64,000 bases of DNA, from NCBI GenBank assembly GCA_002269645.1, contig NIVC01001321.1, forward strand, positions 214,858 to 278,857, written 5' to 3'. This DNA is from Macrostomum lignano (taxonomy: Eukaryota). How positions within the stretch are numbered: position 1 is the first letter of the stretch; the number at the start of each line of letters is the position of its first letter. The notes below the pieces were generated by a model, which saw only the letters and a program-made list of their open reading frames with translations, was not told where the DNA came from and did not search any database. Below are positions 63,403 through 64,000 of this stretch, piece by piece. The translations under genes were made by a program, and so were the position numbers.

Positions 63403-63790
63403 GACTCCGTCACCAACATCACTCCATCATCAACCTCACTCCGTCACCAACCTCACTCCGTCACCAACCTCACTCCGTCACCAACCTCACTCCGTCACCA
63501 ACCTCACTCCGTCACCAACCTCACTCCGTCACCAACCTCACTCCGTCACCAACCTCACTCCGTCACCAACCTCACTCCGTCACCAACCTCACTCCGTCAC
63601 CAACCTCACTCCGTCACCAACCTCACTCCGTCACCAACCTCACTCCGTCACCAACCTCACTCCGTCACCAACCTCACTCCGTCACCAACCTCACTCCGTC
63701 ACCAACCTCACTCCGTCACCAACCTCACTCCGTCACCAACCTTACTCCGTCACCAACCTCACTCCGTCACTAACGTCACTCCGTCACCAT
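63403..63790. repeat. 17-bp minisatellite (CTCACTCCGTCACCAAC)n, probably intronic
   Basis: Near-perfect period, just downstream of a donor site. Confidence 0.95.
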
Positions 63791-63857
63791 GTTCGAGCCA
63801 CACACTGTTCCATGCCTTCAGCCCGCCCAGCAACCCCAGGTGGCTGGAGTGACTCAC

Positions 63858-64000
63858 TTCTCCTGCTTCCTGAAAATGTGCGGGAACATGCTGCTGGGCA
63901 CGGCCGCCTCGGGGTCCCGTCTCAACGCATCGTTGGCCGCTTCCAGGGAGCGAATCTCGGCGCGAAGGCGGCAGTTGAGGTCGCGATGGAACTCGATGTC
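63858..64000 (-). CDS. Internal exon of an unidentified, possibly coiled-coil, protein (continues beyond the window)
   Basis: Open GC-rich frame DIEFHRDLNCRLRAEIRSLEAANDALRRDPEAAVPSSMFPHIFRKQE ending at donor AA|GTGAGT. Confidence 0.6.

Overview
Eukaryotic (animal) genomic DNA. The GC-rich spliced exons, dense intronic mini/microsatellites and TTAGGG-type repeats resemble the flatworm Macrostomum; this assignment is inference. Bases 1-19.5 kb have no recognisable gene and consist of unique spacers alternating with about 12 tandem repeats. Bases 19.5-33.7 kb hold four co-oriented minus-strand spliced genes: an orphan low-complexity protein, a PP1 glycogen-targeting subunit (RVxF + CBM21), a SEC14-like CRAL-TRIO/GOLD protein and ACOT13/THEM2. 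Bases 33.7-35.7 kb are an AT-rich island. Bases 35,674-60,187 are an uninterrupted ~24.5 kb stack of seven non-autonomous Helitron-like units of at least three subfamilies (minus strand; 5'-TC...hairpin-CTAG-3'; A|T target). The units are joined head-to-tail, and one is nested in another. Each carries internal satellite arrays and a conserved tRNA-like A-box/B-box cassette. A TSD-flanked tRNA-head SINE and a fold-back MITE are inserted in the stack. Bases 60.4-62.3 kb encode a cofilin/ADF whose initiator ATG is not adjacent. The window ends in an exon of a convergent gene. Nearly all long ORFs in the supplied track are artefacts of tandem repeats.
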